This document shows, in pieces, positions 13,373-27,568 of a stretch of DNA of 64,000 bases. Under the pieces are notes generated by a model. That model did not search any database, was not told the DNA's origin, and worked only from the letters and a program-made list of their open reading frames with translations. The stretch is from Chrysomallon squamiferum (Eukaryota > Animalia > Mollusca), in NCBI GenBank assembly GCA_012295275.1, contig CM022673.1:1426001-1490000 (forward strand), given 5' to 3'. Positions within the stretch are counted from its first letter, which is position 1. Each line of letters begins with the position of its first letter. Position numbers and translations under genes: made by a program.

Positions 13373-13766
13373 TCCGTAAATATCCACATTTTTCAATGCC
13401 ATTAAATGCCATTGTTTCTAACATTCTTTGGCATGTACCAGCATTTTCTGAGATATAGCCAAACTGTAACAAAACTGGCCACAGTGATATACATAAGTAA
13501 TTATGTTCTTATTAAAAAGTGGATAAGCAAAAATGTTCCTATTAAGTGATCTGACATTTTGCCACTGCATATATCAACTAATTTGGGAGTATAATAATGA
13601 AAGAAATTATAACCGCATAAAAATTAATAAAAATGTCTGATAAACGCTTTTACACAAACACACACACACATATAAATATTAAACTAATAAATAGCATAAG
13701 TGGTTTTTCCTAAAGCAATATTCAAGAAAAAGAGAAAATTATATAAAATGGTATGGTACAGTGTGG

Positions 13767-13829
<63 letters not shown>

Positions 13830-13956
13830 TGGAAAAGGTAGAAGTTAAAAAAGATGTATAAACATCAGTGTCAGTGATGATAGACAAGCCAGGTATTGTG
13901 ATAAATCTCACAACAACACCTGGATGTAATATGTCGTCTCTTCTGTTGTACCACTT

Positions 13957-13970
13957 GTTTCCATGGTAAT
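13957..13970. promoter_or_regulatory. RFX X-box-like motif
   Basis: GTTTCCATGGTAAT, one mismatch from the consensus. Confidence 0.4.
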
Positions 13971-14549
13971 GGGTGTAACAGGTATAAAACACACACACTC
14001 AGTGGTATACATGCAGCAGAACAAATGAAAAGAAATGCCATGTATTACTCAGCTTTGACTTAATGCCAAATATATATATGTATATACATATGTATGTATG
14101 CTTCTTGTGTGTGAAATACTCTTTTGTGTGTATGCATGTGTGTTTTTTTCTACATATGTGTTATGTATTATTGCATTTATATTAAATCTTTCCATTTCTG
14201 TGTTAAGATCATATCATAATGCATGAAAAAACTATTAATAATAATATAATTACTGTTATTAAATATAATAATGACTAACGAATTTAATAATAATAAATCG
14301 AAAGATAAATAAATTCACAACATCCACATATTCAAAATTAACATGGCTAAAAGGTGAGCACATGCTACATGCATAGCACACACACCCACAGACTGAATTA
14401 TATTTTCTGTTCCTCCCCACGAAACATTAAGCATCTTCGGAACAAGCAGTAAATTTGATAGTTAATTGCTCTGAATGCATGTTCTTGACTGCATATTCTG
14501 ATTTATGTGTAAATCTACTCTCTTATCCTCACACTTCTAATTTTCTGTT

Positions 14550-14693
14550 TCAGAAGCCAAACCACTCTAATCTCCAGCGTGGCCTGTTTACATAACGTTG
14601 ATAAGATAAAAATGCCTTCAGCATCTTCACCCTCACTTTACACTGCCTAATGAGGTGTGAACCTTTGTCCCTCCTCCCTCTGGGTGCAGACAT
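14550..14693 (-). CDS. Candidate 47-aa small ORF MSAPRGRRDKGSHLIRQCKVRVKMLKAFLSYQRYVNRPRWRLEWFGF
   Basis: cataaaATGt start context and complex, GC-richer sequence; below the 60-aa cut-off of the ORF track. No family recognised. Confidence 0.25.
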   Translation of the reverse strand: MSAPRGRRDKGSHLIRQCKVRVKMLKAFLSYQRYVNRPRWRLEWFGF

Positions 14694-15364
14694 TTTATGA
14701 ATGGGTCCCCAGACAGGGAGAAAGCCAGATGTCCTTGAGGACTTTTTAAATAATTACAATGACTGTTGTATTTCAGAAGTGGACATGTTTCAGATATTCT
14801 GTATGGTAAATTATGCATGAAGTGTCAGTGCTTAGCAGTCATCTCTGAGCCCATAAGTATTGATTGTTTCCACGGTTATATCATTTTCATAATGTAATCG
14901 AGATCGAATCTACACAGAATACCAAAAATTGGAGACACGTTGCTACAAGCAGGCACATTAGTCCATTACAGATCAGTTTATTGATTAATTTCTGGTGTAA
15001 ACGCGCAGGCTGTGCTTTCTTGTGTTAATATTAGTCTAGCAAATGTGATGTGAATTTCAAACAGATTTATATAATATGTGAAAATATCTGATCACAGTTC
15101 AGCAGCAATGGTGAAAGAAAGTCTGCTAATTAGGCTTTCATGAATGAATGTTGATTTAGTATTCTGACACATTTTTATATTTACTCTGTTTTTTTAAATG
15201 TCAAATATAATTTTGTATTTCATAGGAAAAATACCATTGTAAATGGTACAGAATTAATGTAATTGGTACAAAGTAAATTATAATTAAATATGTTTAGATC
15301 ACACACACACACACACACAGGGTATCAGGGTAAATATGTACATCATTTTATAGTTTATTGTTCT

Positions 15365-15450
15365 TACAAGAGATCTTTTAACTGCAATTCCCCCACAGCT
15401 GAGAAAAGCACATACCACAACCTTTGATACTGCAGCTGTCAGGCTACTGA
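15365..15450 (-). mobile_element. Decayed SINE-like repeat fragment
   Basis: CAAGAGATCTTTTAACTGCAATTCCCCCACAG...AAAGCACATACCACAACCTTTGATA matches the shared core. Confidence 0.55.
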
Positions 15451-15877
15451 TCCAGTTATGGTTAAATATTGTTTTTACTACTTTTGTACATAATTTATTT
15501 TTGTTTCTAGCATCGTTCTTATTAATTATCAGTTATCAGATACTGTAAATGAAATTCCCACAGGATGGCATTAATCACAGTCATTGATACTACATTTGAA
15601 AGGCACCCTATTAAAAATGTGAAAAGTAACAGATTGTTGTGTAACGGAAGAAATCAATACATATATTGAATGCTTTGTCCCTGAGCTTGTTTTTCCAGAT
15701 ATATTATTAGTACTGTTATTAGTTTTATTATAATTATTATTATTATTATAATTAATGTTTTAAAGAACTTGTTTTCAAGAAAGGCTTTTTTTTTATATTA
15801 ACTGAATGGATGAACTTAAAAGTAAAACTGGATTTCAAAAATTATTTAGGCTTTTGTGTATGTGTGAATATGTGTGA

Positions 15878-15918
<41 letters not shown>

Positions 15919-16449
15919 ACCTTATTATTTTGTTCATCCAATGTATTAAATGGCACATACAAAAAATATCATTTATAGGCAAATGTCGTTCTAGCAATTT
16001 TAACACATACAAAATATTAAATGTATTTCTATTTTTTATAAGTCATGAATTCTGACACACTGTAATGTATAAATAGATATCTGTTTCACAAAAGGAATTA
16101 TATTTCCATTACTCGTTACTGAAGTAATTTACCCTTGTTGTTACTTACAATGTTATTTTTATACAGTGTAGTACAGTAAATTCAACAGTTGTACTTTCAA
16201 TAAAGAACAATAATAGCAACACCTTTTCAGTAACATGGGATTTATGCATATGAGTGTGCATATGTGTGTTATTCATTTAATGAAATATATGCCAATCTAA
16301 ATAAACATTTCTCTCTCTATCCCTCTATTTCTCTTTCATTTTCTGTCTTTCACTCATTTTTTCCAGTCTATCTTCCTCTTAAAATATTTATACATTGTAG
16401 AACAGTTAGTATTAATAACAGCCAATCTAATTTTGTGTCAAGATGCTGT

Positions 16450-16530
<81 letters not shown>

Positions 16531-17789
16531 ACACACCTACACATATTCATAAGTGTTTAACAAACTTAAAGAAAGTAAATAATAAATTAGAACAGACTTA
16601 TTTACTGCCTCAGAATCTGCAGTCAAAGATAAATTATTGATGTGTTTTCACAGCAGAGCCAGTTAAATTGTCACTGAACACAAAAGAACAAACCACTGGC
16701 CATCTGTGACCATGTAACATGGCAAGTTATCATATTTTTCTAGCTGTTCACAAAGTGGATGAAAATCTATATTTCACAGTTCCAGTTATGGATGCATACA
16801 CACGGATGTAGTGTGTGTTTTGTTTTTGTTTTGTTTTTAATTATTTATTAATGAAGTAATTCACAAATTCATAATAAATTAGTAGTTAGGCCATAATATA
16901 TATATTTTTTTTATTTTATTTGAAAAAGCTGTATTCAGAATAAGAATGAGGCATTCAGGTTTTTAATGAAATATGCAGATGTGTTATGAACAGAGTTAAA
17001 GATAATATAAAGTTTGATACCACATATCTACTAGAACATTATATGTTTCATATTTATCAACTGGAAAGACTGTATAATGTTGAATTGTTTTTACCCTCTT
17101 ATTTTCTTTTCTTTATTTCCCTATTATTTATTTATTTATTTATTTATTTATTATTATTTTTTTATTATTGATATTTATTCAGGAGAGTGATGGGATTTTT
17201 GTTGTTGTTATTTTGTGTTTTTTCACATAATCAAATATTTTGGATCATAATTAAATTGTAAGAGAGTTCCACTATATATCAGTTAACTGTGAGTTCAGAT
17301 CTGCCTGATTAAGTAACAGGCAGTGATTACATACAAGATTTTATTACAAGTTTTAATTAAATAATCAACTATATTTTGTATTCCTATAAAGTAAGATATA
17401 AAAAGCAATGCACAGTTGTAATATACACATGTATGTGGATATTCCCCACTATAAAAAAAAAAACATAACAGACAAAAATAAATAATTAGTTTTGGATACT
17501 ACCGGTCATTTAACTGTTCATGCAGGCATGCTTTGTGTCGTACACTCTCAAAAAAGTTTAGGGTCGTATGATTGAGTGGATAATCACTGAAGCGTAAATC
17601 AGATCATGTGTCAGTAATAAAAAATACAGTAGCTCTTTGATCTGGGAGTGGCAGCAAGGGAATAAATCTAATTATAATATTACACAATGTACTGTTATTA
17701 CTACTACCACTACATAATACAGCGTATTACTAAGTTAACTTTTTGCCTGGCATGGTAATAATAATAATAAATTATAATGTACTACAGTG

Positions 17790-19000
17790 TTAGTTCTCTC
17801 CGAAAATGACAGCCCCGAAATATGGATGTTAAAGACTTGGTTCTTATTTCAACAACCGGCGAAACACGCCGACACGAAACGCCTGCAGTACACGTGTATA
17901 ACAGTAACAGGCGCGAAGTGCAATACGCGCCGTAATACACATCAATAAAACGACTTGACAGGTTTCCAGTTAACTCTACGTATCGATAGTGTATTAAGCC
18001 CACAGCGATGAGATCATCCACATCTAATACGGAAAACTATATCCTTCCCTTGAGGCATAATATTAGATGATGACATCACCACACCCAAGAAAAATACACG
18101 CTTTATATAACTGAGGAAACAATTTGGTTAAAAAAAAAAAAAAAAAAAAAAAGATGGCCTAGTTTTGCATCATTACTCGTCCAAGTGGCATATTGATTTT
18201 AAATATTTATGAAAATGGTCTCACCTGCAAGTGTATGGGAACCTTTTTCACTGGCGTTCTGCTACTCATTGTTAAATCAGATCAAAGCAAGCAAATTTAT
18301 GTAATCCTCATGTGTGTCAAAACAAAAACACAGTCTGCGTGTGCGTTATTATGTTATGTCAACTGCACTTCTGCGCGTGCGAAGACCGGTAATAATCAGT
18401 AGTAATTTTCCAGTGCGGTGTCGCTAATATTATCCAGCAATGTCACAGCGCACAAATACCGTTTTGTGTGCGGGATTCGCAGCTGAGGTAGAAAGTGGTG
18501 AATAAATCCGAATATTTGAATGCTACACACAGAACACGGCGGCACTGCTAAGCTACCCGGGTAATAACGAAGAAAGCAACGGAATGATAAATGTTGGCGG
18601 CAACTTCTGCGTGCAGATTGCTTCCCTTGTTATACAGCGTACAATGTGGCACATCCTTCGCCCTGGAACGAGTATAGTTAATTTCTTTGCGGGACGGCTA
18701 AAAATAGACGCCTAGAAATTTTGATAATAAATGCACGTGGTACGCGGATTGTAGAACAAAAAAACTCGCGCCTGATTATCTCGCTTGCGGAAACGGTTTT
18801 GGATGACAAAATGATCGAAGTTAACTGTTTTTACGGCTGCAACAAGACAAATATGAGCTTGCTGGCAAAACGGAAGAAGCTGTTCTGAAGTATGGAAACT
18901 GAAGACTGCCAGAATAGTTAATCGTTTTGGGTGATTTAAACGAGCAGCATGAACAGCAGGAAACCAGTTAATTTCATAACGGTTGTTCTGCACGTGTATC
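17790..19000. promoter_or_regulatory. CpG-rich promoter-like island
   Basis: Many CpG/CGCG dinucleotides against a CpG-poor background. CACGTG at 17891, 18734, 18991 and 19280; TATCGATA (DRE) 17981-17988; MEF2 CTAAAAATAG 18698-18707; GC-box GGGCGTGG at 19186. Confidence 0.7.
18225..18269 (-). CDS. Candidate first coding exon MSSRTPVKKVPIHLQ (phase 0)
   Basis: ttaacaATG start inside the CpG island, 15 codons, strong donor CAG|GTGAGA. Confidence 0.5.
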
Positions 19001-19111
19001 CCATTTTCAAAATCCTGTTTCTTAATTTACGTTTAGTCTGTGCAAAATAAAAAAAAAAATAAAATGTAATTTAAGTTTAATTGTTTTTTTTGTTTGTTTT
19101 TTTTAACTTTT

Positions 19112-19148
<37 letters not shown>

Positions 19149-19692
19149 ACTTATATCAGTTGTAGTTTAAAAAGAAAAGGAGGTGGGCGTGGTCTTAGAA
19201 AAGTAATAGTTATGCTATTTTCACGAGAAAAATATTAACCATTATTTTTCATGCATTTTCTTCACGGCATAATTTTATACACGTGACAAAGAAAATTAAT
19301 TTACTGTTTTTCAAGGTTTTATTTTATTTATTTATGTTTTAATTTAAAATATTTTATTATTCTTTTATGATTGTCTATTTTTAGGAGTGCTAAAAAAAAA
19401 TAAGTAAGTAAATATTACTAAAGTAATAATAATAATAATCATAATAAATCCGTCCAAGCTGACATGAGTTATGTCCCTTCAGAAATCTGCTTATAACTTA
19501 TTTATAAAATGTTTCTAATAGTAACAGTTTTTTTTATTTACAAGGATGTATGAAATACAGCTTTGTGGTAGTAATGACAAAGCAGTCTAAGATTATTTGA
19601 TTTATTTCAAAATATAATACAACTGTTTAATTTATTTATATTTAAAATTTGGGCTTGTGATTAAATGATACAATTAAATAAAGTAGATTTTA

Positions 19693-19737
<45 letters not shown>

Positions 19738-22095
19738 TATTATTGTTGTTGTTGTTTCATACACATCATTTGAAATATTTTAAATTTAACTGGCCATCCT
19801 TATATGATTAATATCATGCATTTTTAAATTTATATTTCCATACCATCTAGTATATTCCATAATATTTACATTTACATGGACATATAAAATAATATATAAA
19901 TATGTATATATGTGCATGTGTGTACATTTAGATATATATGGTTTTATGTATATGATAAATTGATTTTCAAGAGAAATAACTAGTATACACTCTGAACCTA
20001 ACTGCAGGCTCAAGATAAATTTTTATTTTTTTTTTTAAAATAAATGTTTTTTAGGTTTTTACGTGTATATATAAACTATGATAAACACTAACTTAAATCC
20101 AAAACTTCATGTATTTCTGTTGTTACAAACAGTCTGTTATACATCTAGTATAATGAGTAATGAAAACAATTCAACCAGTGCTAATAGCACTAATAACATA
20201 CACCTCTACAGCATGTACAAGTGTTATATGCACTAGCAGAGAGTGAGAATGAAAGCTATACTAAACATGCAAACTGGAAAAGGAATTCCTTTTCCAGGAA
20301 TGTGCTGGAATTGTGTGACTCCATTGTAAACTACATCAAATATCTCAGATTTCTTGAAGCAGTACACAGAGGGGAAAAGCAAGCACAGAAAGAAAAAAAA
20401 AAAAAAAAGTTTTAAAACATTATTTAGTCAGTTATGGCAGCCTACCAAGAGGTTCAAGGAAACTGTTGTAAAAATGTCAGGCTCCTGTTTGAAGGTTTTT
20501 AGATTCTGTGGTGTGAATATTTGAAAGATATGTAAACTTTAAGTCTTGGCTAATTTGAATTTTTGTTTTTTCATTTTTTAATTATTTTTTCTGCTGATGC
20601 TAAAATGTTTATGAGTCTAAAAATGAATACAAACCTTTTTTTGATCTTTAAAAATGTTTTATTAAGCAAATGATTCATATCTAACTGTATAAGTATATTT
20701 CAGTTTAGTGCCAAATTATATGTGTAAATAAATATATTTTTGTTTTTATCCTGAATTTAAATTTCAGAATTTTAAAGCCTGTTAAAAGTTATTTCACCTT
20801 TTAGGCTGTTTAAAGTCCACATTTTCTTTTCTTTTTCTTTTAAATCATAATTTTTAATTTTTTTATCTCCTGTATATAATATTAATACTTGCATATTTTA
20901 ATAAATCTTAATTTCATTGTTTTTCTTTTGAATTTAAATTTTATGTCTCCATTTCTTTCAAATTATTTCACTTGCCTCAGATTTAAAATGTATTTGTCAC
21001 AATAAGCTTTTCTAAACTAACTTGTATTATAAATAAATAAATAAGTATTATATGCTCTATTCTTTTAACTTATAGTTTAAGCACTGGTTTTTCCTACATT
21101 AAGATTTGAAAATATGAAAAAAAAAAAAAAAATTGAAAATTACAAAATTTTAAGTAGTGGTTAAGTAGCAGAAAAAAAAAATCTGTTTGAAATCTGTCAA
21201 ACACATGCACACACAGGCATCTTATAATAATATGTTGGTGTGAGAGAGAGGTTTGTGTGTTCAGTGTGTTCGAATATTGATGTAAAAAAGAAGTTTGTAG
21301 TGTGTTTGTGTGTTCATGTCTTTGTGTTAGTCTCAAGCTTATAAATATTGCAAATACATTAATACATCCAAGATAACACCAAAACCACAACAACAAAATA
21401 TTTATTAAATATATTAAAGACTTTGGTGAAAAGAATTTTGTGATTTTGTATTTATGAAAGCAAACACTTCAAATTAGCTGAAAACAGAAGTAAACAGATA
21501 AGCCTGTGAAATTAGCTGTAGTGATGATATAATTATGTGTGAATTTAAAAAAGGTTATGTTCAAGAGAAAGACTGATACATAGACAGATACAGAGGGAGA
21601 GAGAGAGAGAAACTATATATAGCAAATTAATATCGGTGATACAGAAAGACAAGAAAGATAGTGAGAGAAAGAAATAAGATGAAAGAAAGAAATAAAGACA
21701 GATTTGACTGTGTAGCAAGTTAGATTGTGATGGTGCACATTTTGAGACAGAAAAAGCTGGACTGTGAGAAAGAAAGAGAGAAATGGAGAGACTGAGACAA
21801 GGAAAGTGTGAAGAAGAAAAGATGCTGTGTTTGTTGCAAACTGGCAACTCGGAAAAAGGCTGAACAGAGAGAATGTCTGTGCATTCTGTTCTCATGTGTA
21901 CACATGTTAATAATAACATTGTGTTGACAGGTTTTTAACATTAGATACAAAATGTTTGTACACCAGTTGGTTAAGATGTATAAAAAGACTTGCTTAGAAC
22001 ACATACATGTGTTAGCAGATTACAGTACATAAAAGTATTCTGAAGTAAATGTGTACATGTGTATGTGTGACTTTGTGATAACCAGTATATTAAAA

Positions 22096-22099
<4 letters not shown>

Positions 22100-22185
<86 letters not shown>
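22100..22185. repeat. (AG)n microsatellite
   Basis: Pure AG run. Similar (AG/CT)n runs at about 13771-13824, 16456-16527 and 34597-34646. Confidence 0.95.
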
Positions 22186-22189
<4 letters not shown>

Positions 22190-22800
22190 ACACACACACA
22201 CACAGACATACATACATTAGCATGGTTAAATAATATTAAAAAGTTTGCTTTAAAACTTGAACACATAATTAGCATCACATTATATTCTACTGATGTGAGA
22301 AAGATGTTTCTGAGTGCAATGCTTAATGCATACATTACACAAAGAGTGATGTTAACATCAGATACCATGTACACATAGTCCATGGTTCACCAGCATGAAA
22401 AGACTTGCATAAACACATGAAAAAATTAGGATAATTTAATATGCTAGAGAGCAGTTTGTGCATGCAATGTCTTCTCATGCGTGCATGCAGACTATTAAAA
22501 ATAATGATATCAGTTTATTAACACAGACTGTAACCTGCACAGAACAGCTGCATGGTTAAAAGGTAGAAAAAAGACTTGTTTACGAGCTAAAACACAAACA
22601 ACGTAATAATTCTGATATTATCTCATAAAAAACTAGTCTCCCTATCTGCACAGCTTGATAAACTGAGTGTCAAGAATATCAAATGTTAACTCATGTTTTT
22701 ATCTGTACCTGGGAAGGTTATAACATTTTACTTGTATCGCTTTTAAATTAGGTGCCAAAAGTAAACTTTCTTTTCTTTTCTCTTCATTTTTTTTTCTTCT

Positions 22801-22840
<40 letters not shown>

Positions 22841-22989
22841 CAGTTAAGGTTTTGTTTTGTTATTAATTCTTATTTATTTACTTATGTATTTTTGTATATT
22901 TTATTTTATTTCTATGGGTCTATCTTTGCTTTATTTTCAGTTCAGTGTTATGATTCTAATATGTCCTTTCTTGCCTTTATAATGTTGAC

Positions 22990-23059
<70 letters not shown>

Positions 23060-23789
23060 CAATAATAATAGCTGTTGTGTTGTTTTATCAACCCATAATA
23101 TTTTATTAGCTTAAACCTTTATTCAGTTATTTTATAATTTAATACATGTAATAATAATTAGAATTATTGTTGTTATTTCATCATCATCATCATCAAATTT
23201 GTAATTCATTAAATGTAATATAATTATTTTGGAGGGGGCTTTCATTCATAGTTATCTAAACTCCCAATCCATTTTTTTCTTTTTTTTTTTTTTTTTTGAC
23301 CTTTCTATCATACTGGAGAGAAGAAACACAGTATTACACTGCTGTGAGAATAACTCTCGTATTACACAACAAAGTAAGTATTGCATGTTCAACATTCAGA
23401 CTCTGAAATCAAAGACGACCACACACACATTCTGTATAAACTGAACATATACATGTGCTTACAACCAATTAACATTCATTGGAGCAGAATTAAACATAAC
23501 AGCTTTCACATTAACTGTGCTTATGAGCCTGAACAGTGATTTGATCCCACTGGCTCTGGTTGTTGGCAGCATCACCATGTTACAGATTTTGTCTTTTTAT
23601 GCAGAAATTACGTGATAACATTCTAATGTTGCTTGAACACACCAATATGTATATAATATTTTTGAGGGAATAATGTTTTATTTAACAAATTATATTTCAT
23701 TAATTTCTAACATATAATCTAACATTCTGTTATAATGAATAAGAAACCAGCTGTATCCAGTCAATGAATTATTATTTTTTGTTGTTTTT

Positions 23790-23900
23790 AATTTAGCAGT
23801 AGAGCATCTTTTATTTGCATCTTCCCATATACAGGAAAGCATGTCTCCCAGCTTCAACAAACTAGTAATGATGTACTGATTGGAATGGGAAATGGCCCTA
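23790..23900 (-). mobile_element. Decayed SINE-like repeat fragment
   Basis: TTAGCAGTAGAGCATCTTTTATTTGCATCTTCCCATATACAGGAAAGCA...ACTGATTGGAATGGGAAATGGCCC matches the shared core. Confidence 0.55.
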
Positions 23901-24526
23901 TAATAGCAACAGTAACTGAGACCAACTTACTGTCACTGAGCTATGTCCAAAGTGAGGTATGTTATATATACTAGTATTATTAATACAAGCTTTTGTATGG
24001 CTTTTATGTTATGAAGGGCTGGATATATGTGTGTGTGTGTGTGTGAATGTGATATAAACTAGTATTAATTGTTAAACAATAAAACGGTCTGTAGAATCTG
24101 AGAAATCTAACCAGTCAGTTGTTGTTGTTTTGTGTTTCTTTTGCTTTTTTTGTTTTTCTTTCTTTCTTTTTTTTTAAAAAAAATTCTCTGTTTTTTTTTA
24201 CATTATTTTATAAATAAATAAAAAAATAAATAAAAGGGAAGGAAAGAAATCATCACAGTGCTGTAAACTACTGGTTGTGTTTGAACAACAAAAGTATCAC
24301 TCACTCAAAGTCAGTACAGAATGTTATCTGTGTTCTTCTAGTTTGCCTTCTGTTTCAGTGGTTAGTGTGAACAGTTTCAAACATCCAAATTAACCTCCAG
24401 ATAAACAGCAGACCCATCCTGAACAGATAACAAAAAAATCTCCAACATTAATTTTTTTTTTTTATAGCTGATTTCAATGATTTGTATGTGTGAATGTATG
24501 TATGTATGTATGTATGTATGTATGTA

Positions 24527-24559
<33 letters not shown>

Positions 24560-24768
24560 TTGTGTATGTATATGTATGTATGTAATGTATGTATGTTTGT
24601 GTATGTATATGTATGTATGTAATGTATGTATGTATGTTTATGTATGTATATGAATGTATATGTATGTATGCATCTGTATGTATATGTATATGTTTGTATA
24701 TGCATGTGCATGTGCATGTGTGTGTATTTTTAGTTTTCGTTATACTTAAACCACACCTTGTGAAATAG

Positions 24769-25743
24769 AGAACAAAGCTTGTACAAGAACTGAACTGAGT
24801 TCTGATTACTAACAGAGTACAGACTGACCTGATGATGTCATCATCTCCAATAATTCAGTAGTGATGTTATCTAAGTTTTGACACTTACAGCTTCATATTC
24901 ATCATTCTTAAATCAAAGGTTGCTGAAAGAATAATATTATCCCCAAAGGAAATCTTTACGGATGGATTCAGTGTTTTTAAAACAGACGTTTTGTTTCACA
25001 GAAGCCAGTAAGATTGCTGTAGACAGACTGGGACAGATGAAAATGTAGTATGTGAATAAATTAGATAAGAAGGGAATAAAGTAATAAAAGAAAGATTAAG
25101 TAGAGAAAGCCTGAATGTACAAACAAAATTAATGAATGGAAATAAATAAACAAATTAAATAACATATAAATAAAATAAATAAATAAATGGTCAAAACAAA
25201 GAATGAATGACTCAGTAAAAAGGTGTAGACCATGAGTATCAGGTTTCTTCTCTAGATATCTATGTGGTCATTGAGAAATATAATGCCATAAACATTACTG
25301 AAACATTAATTAAATTATTTCATACATGAAATAACTAAACTAAAACACAGAAGGCCATTACATTTTTAGCATTCTGTTTGCATTTCCTTTTATTAAATCA
25401 ACATATTATGAATTTAAATAAAAATTACATAATTTAATAATCTATTCCACAATTTATCTGGCAGTGTCATACTGAATTAGGCAAGAAGCAATGTTTAAAC
25501 ACATCACAAAACAATTTCAGATAAATATTTCAGAATTTAATAGACTGTGCCACAATTTACCTGGGAGAGTAAAATTGGATTAATCAGGTTTAAAAACAAC
25601 AACATCACAGACATCGCGACATGATTTATGTGCAGTGGAAGCAGTTGCAAACAGAACAAAGCTTGTACAAGAACAGAACTGAGTTCAGATTACAGACTCA
25701 GAGTACAGTCTGACCTGATGATCTCATCATCCACAATAATTCA
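24769..25743. repeat. About 90-bp dispersed direct repeat (24769-24857 and 25653-25743)
   Basis: AGAACAAAGCTTGTACAAGAAC.GAACTGAGTTC.GATTAC...CAGAGTACAG.CTGACCTGATGAT.TCATCATC..CAATAATTCA in both copies. Confidence 0.9.
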
Positions 25744-26737
25744 ATTGCTTGCAAATGGGTTGCAGCAAAGATAAGTTCTAAATTGCATTAAGCACCAGTG
25801 TCAGAATAAACACCAAGCATCAACAGATGAGGTAACATTTTCAACATGTGTCAAAATAACATTAAGAAATGCTTTTATAATAATAGAAATAACAGAATGG
25901 ATGATGTAATGTCTGCAATACGATATCCCAGCAAAGTTCAGTAATGACCAAAAACCATTTAGTAGCATTAAACAAGAGTCAGAAAGTGAAATGAAGTAAA
26001 ATAGGTGATCAAGAAAGATCCACTGAAGTTATGACTTTACTTGTATTAAATGACAATACTGAAACAATACAGATCATAGAATCCATGTTAAGATATTGAA
26101 TACAGTTTTACCTAACTGAAAATGGTTGGATATGTTACAAATTGGTGATAGCCAGACACTGTGTGAAAACCTGTATTAAGATGTTAAATAAAGCTTAATG
26201 CTTTCTCTGTCAAGGTGGATATTACCTAACTGCCAAAAACTGGATCATGATAGAAATATACGATACATAGGCACTGTACTGATGAATGGATAAATTTACT
26301 GTAAAATCTGCATTAAGATATTTAATAAAGTTTAAGTGTTTCTGAATTATGTTACAAATAGATGATATTCTGACAGTGTATTGGTCTGTAAGGTAAACCG
26401 GAGATTCAGTTATAAATGAAATGTATTATGATCAGTATAGAAAAGTCAAAATCTTATCCACTTATAGCATTTACTAAAGATTCTTGAGAAGTTAACAACC
26501 GAAAAAAATAAGATAACAGTTGCATAAAACACCAGTACTGAGTCAGTAATTGATTTAAACAGAACACAAAACAGGCATTGTAGCATTTTCATTACAACCC
26601 TTGGCATTCAAAAAATCACCACTAACATGAAGCAAAAGGAAAATGGAATTCATGACATTTTCTGTGACAGTAATACTATTAACATTTTCCAACTCTTCAT
26701 TGTAAAAAATATTCAAACAAATTAAAAATTAAAAATT

Positions 26738-26768
<31 letters not shown>

Positions 26769-27438
26769 CAAAAATAAAAATAAAAATAGAAATAGAAATA
26801 AAAATAAAAATAATCTACTGCATAGAAATTATTATGGAGAATTTAAAATTCTTCAACAGTCTTTGTAGCTTATGGCGATTTTTATCTTATAATATCAAAT
26901 ACACTTCAGTAAAGATAAAAATTTATCTGCATAAAACACTTGTAGTTAAATGGTAATACAGACATAATAAAACATAGATAACATGACAAAAGGTCAGTAA
27001 CAATACTATTTTGATTATAAAATATAAGTAAGATTCTTTGGTGTAAATTAATTCAGTCTTGGATAGAATTCTCTGGCAATGGTGCCCATGAGTAAAAAGA
27101 GTGAAAATGAATAATGAACATAAATATTTGCTTAATTACACCAATGCACATTTTATTAGAAACTATTATTAGGTATCAGACATTTAAAAAAAATAATAAT
27201 AAAGAGAAACACCATCTGCCAATAAACTGTCTGAAAATTCAGCAGCAACCAAGCTTTTATACAAACCTTCTCATTTACAGGAAAACGCATTCTAAGACCA
27301 TTGATAAACCAGCAGCACATTGGCATGAACAGAAATGCCTGGGTTACACAGCAAAGATACAAGTGTACAGTATTAACACAGTTTAAATACAAAGCATGAT
27401 TTGTATTCTTTATATGTGTGTGTCTGTGTGTCTACACA

Positions 27439-27568
<130 letters not shown>

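Noticed and set aside
5216-14595. Repeated D-box/PAR-bZIP motifs TTAYRTAA suggesting a clock gene
   Set aside because: An AT-rich 8-mer like this is expected many times by chance in this base composition.
25690-25735. C/D snoRNA in the 90-bp repeat (minus-strand ATGATGA...CTGA)
   Set aside because: C-to-D span is only about 45 nt and the CTGA boxes are absent from the other copy.
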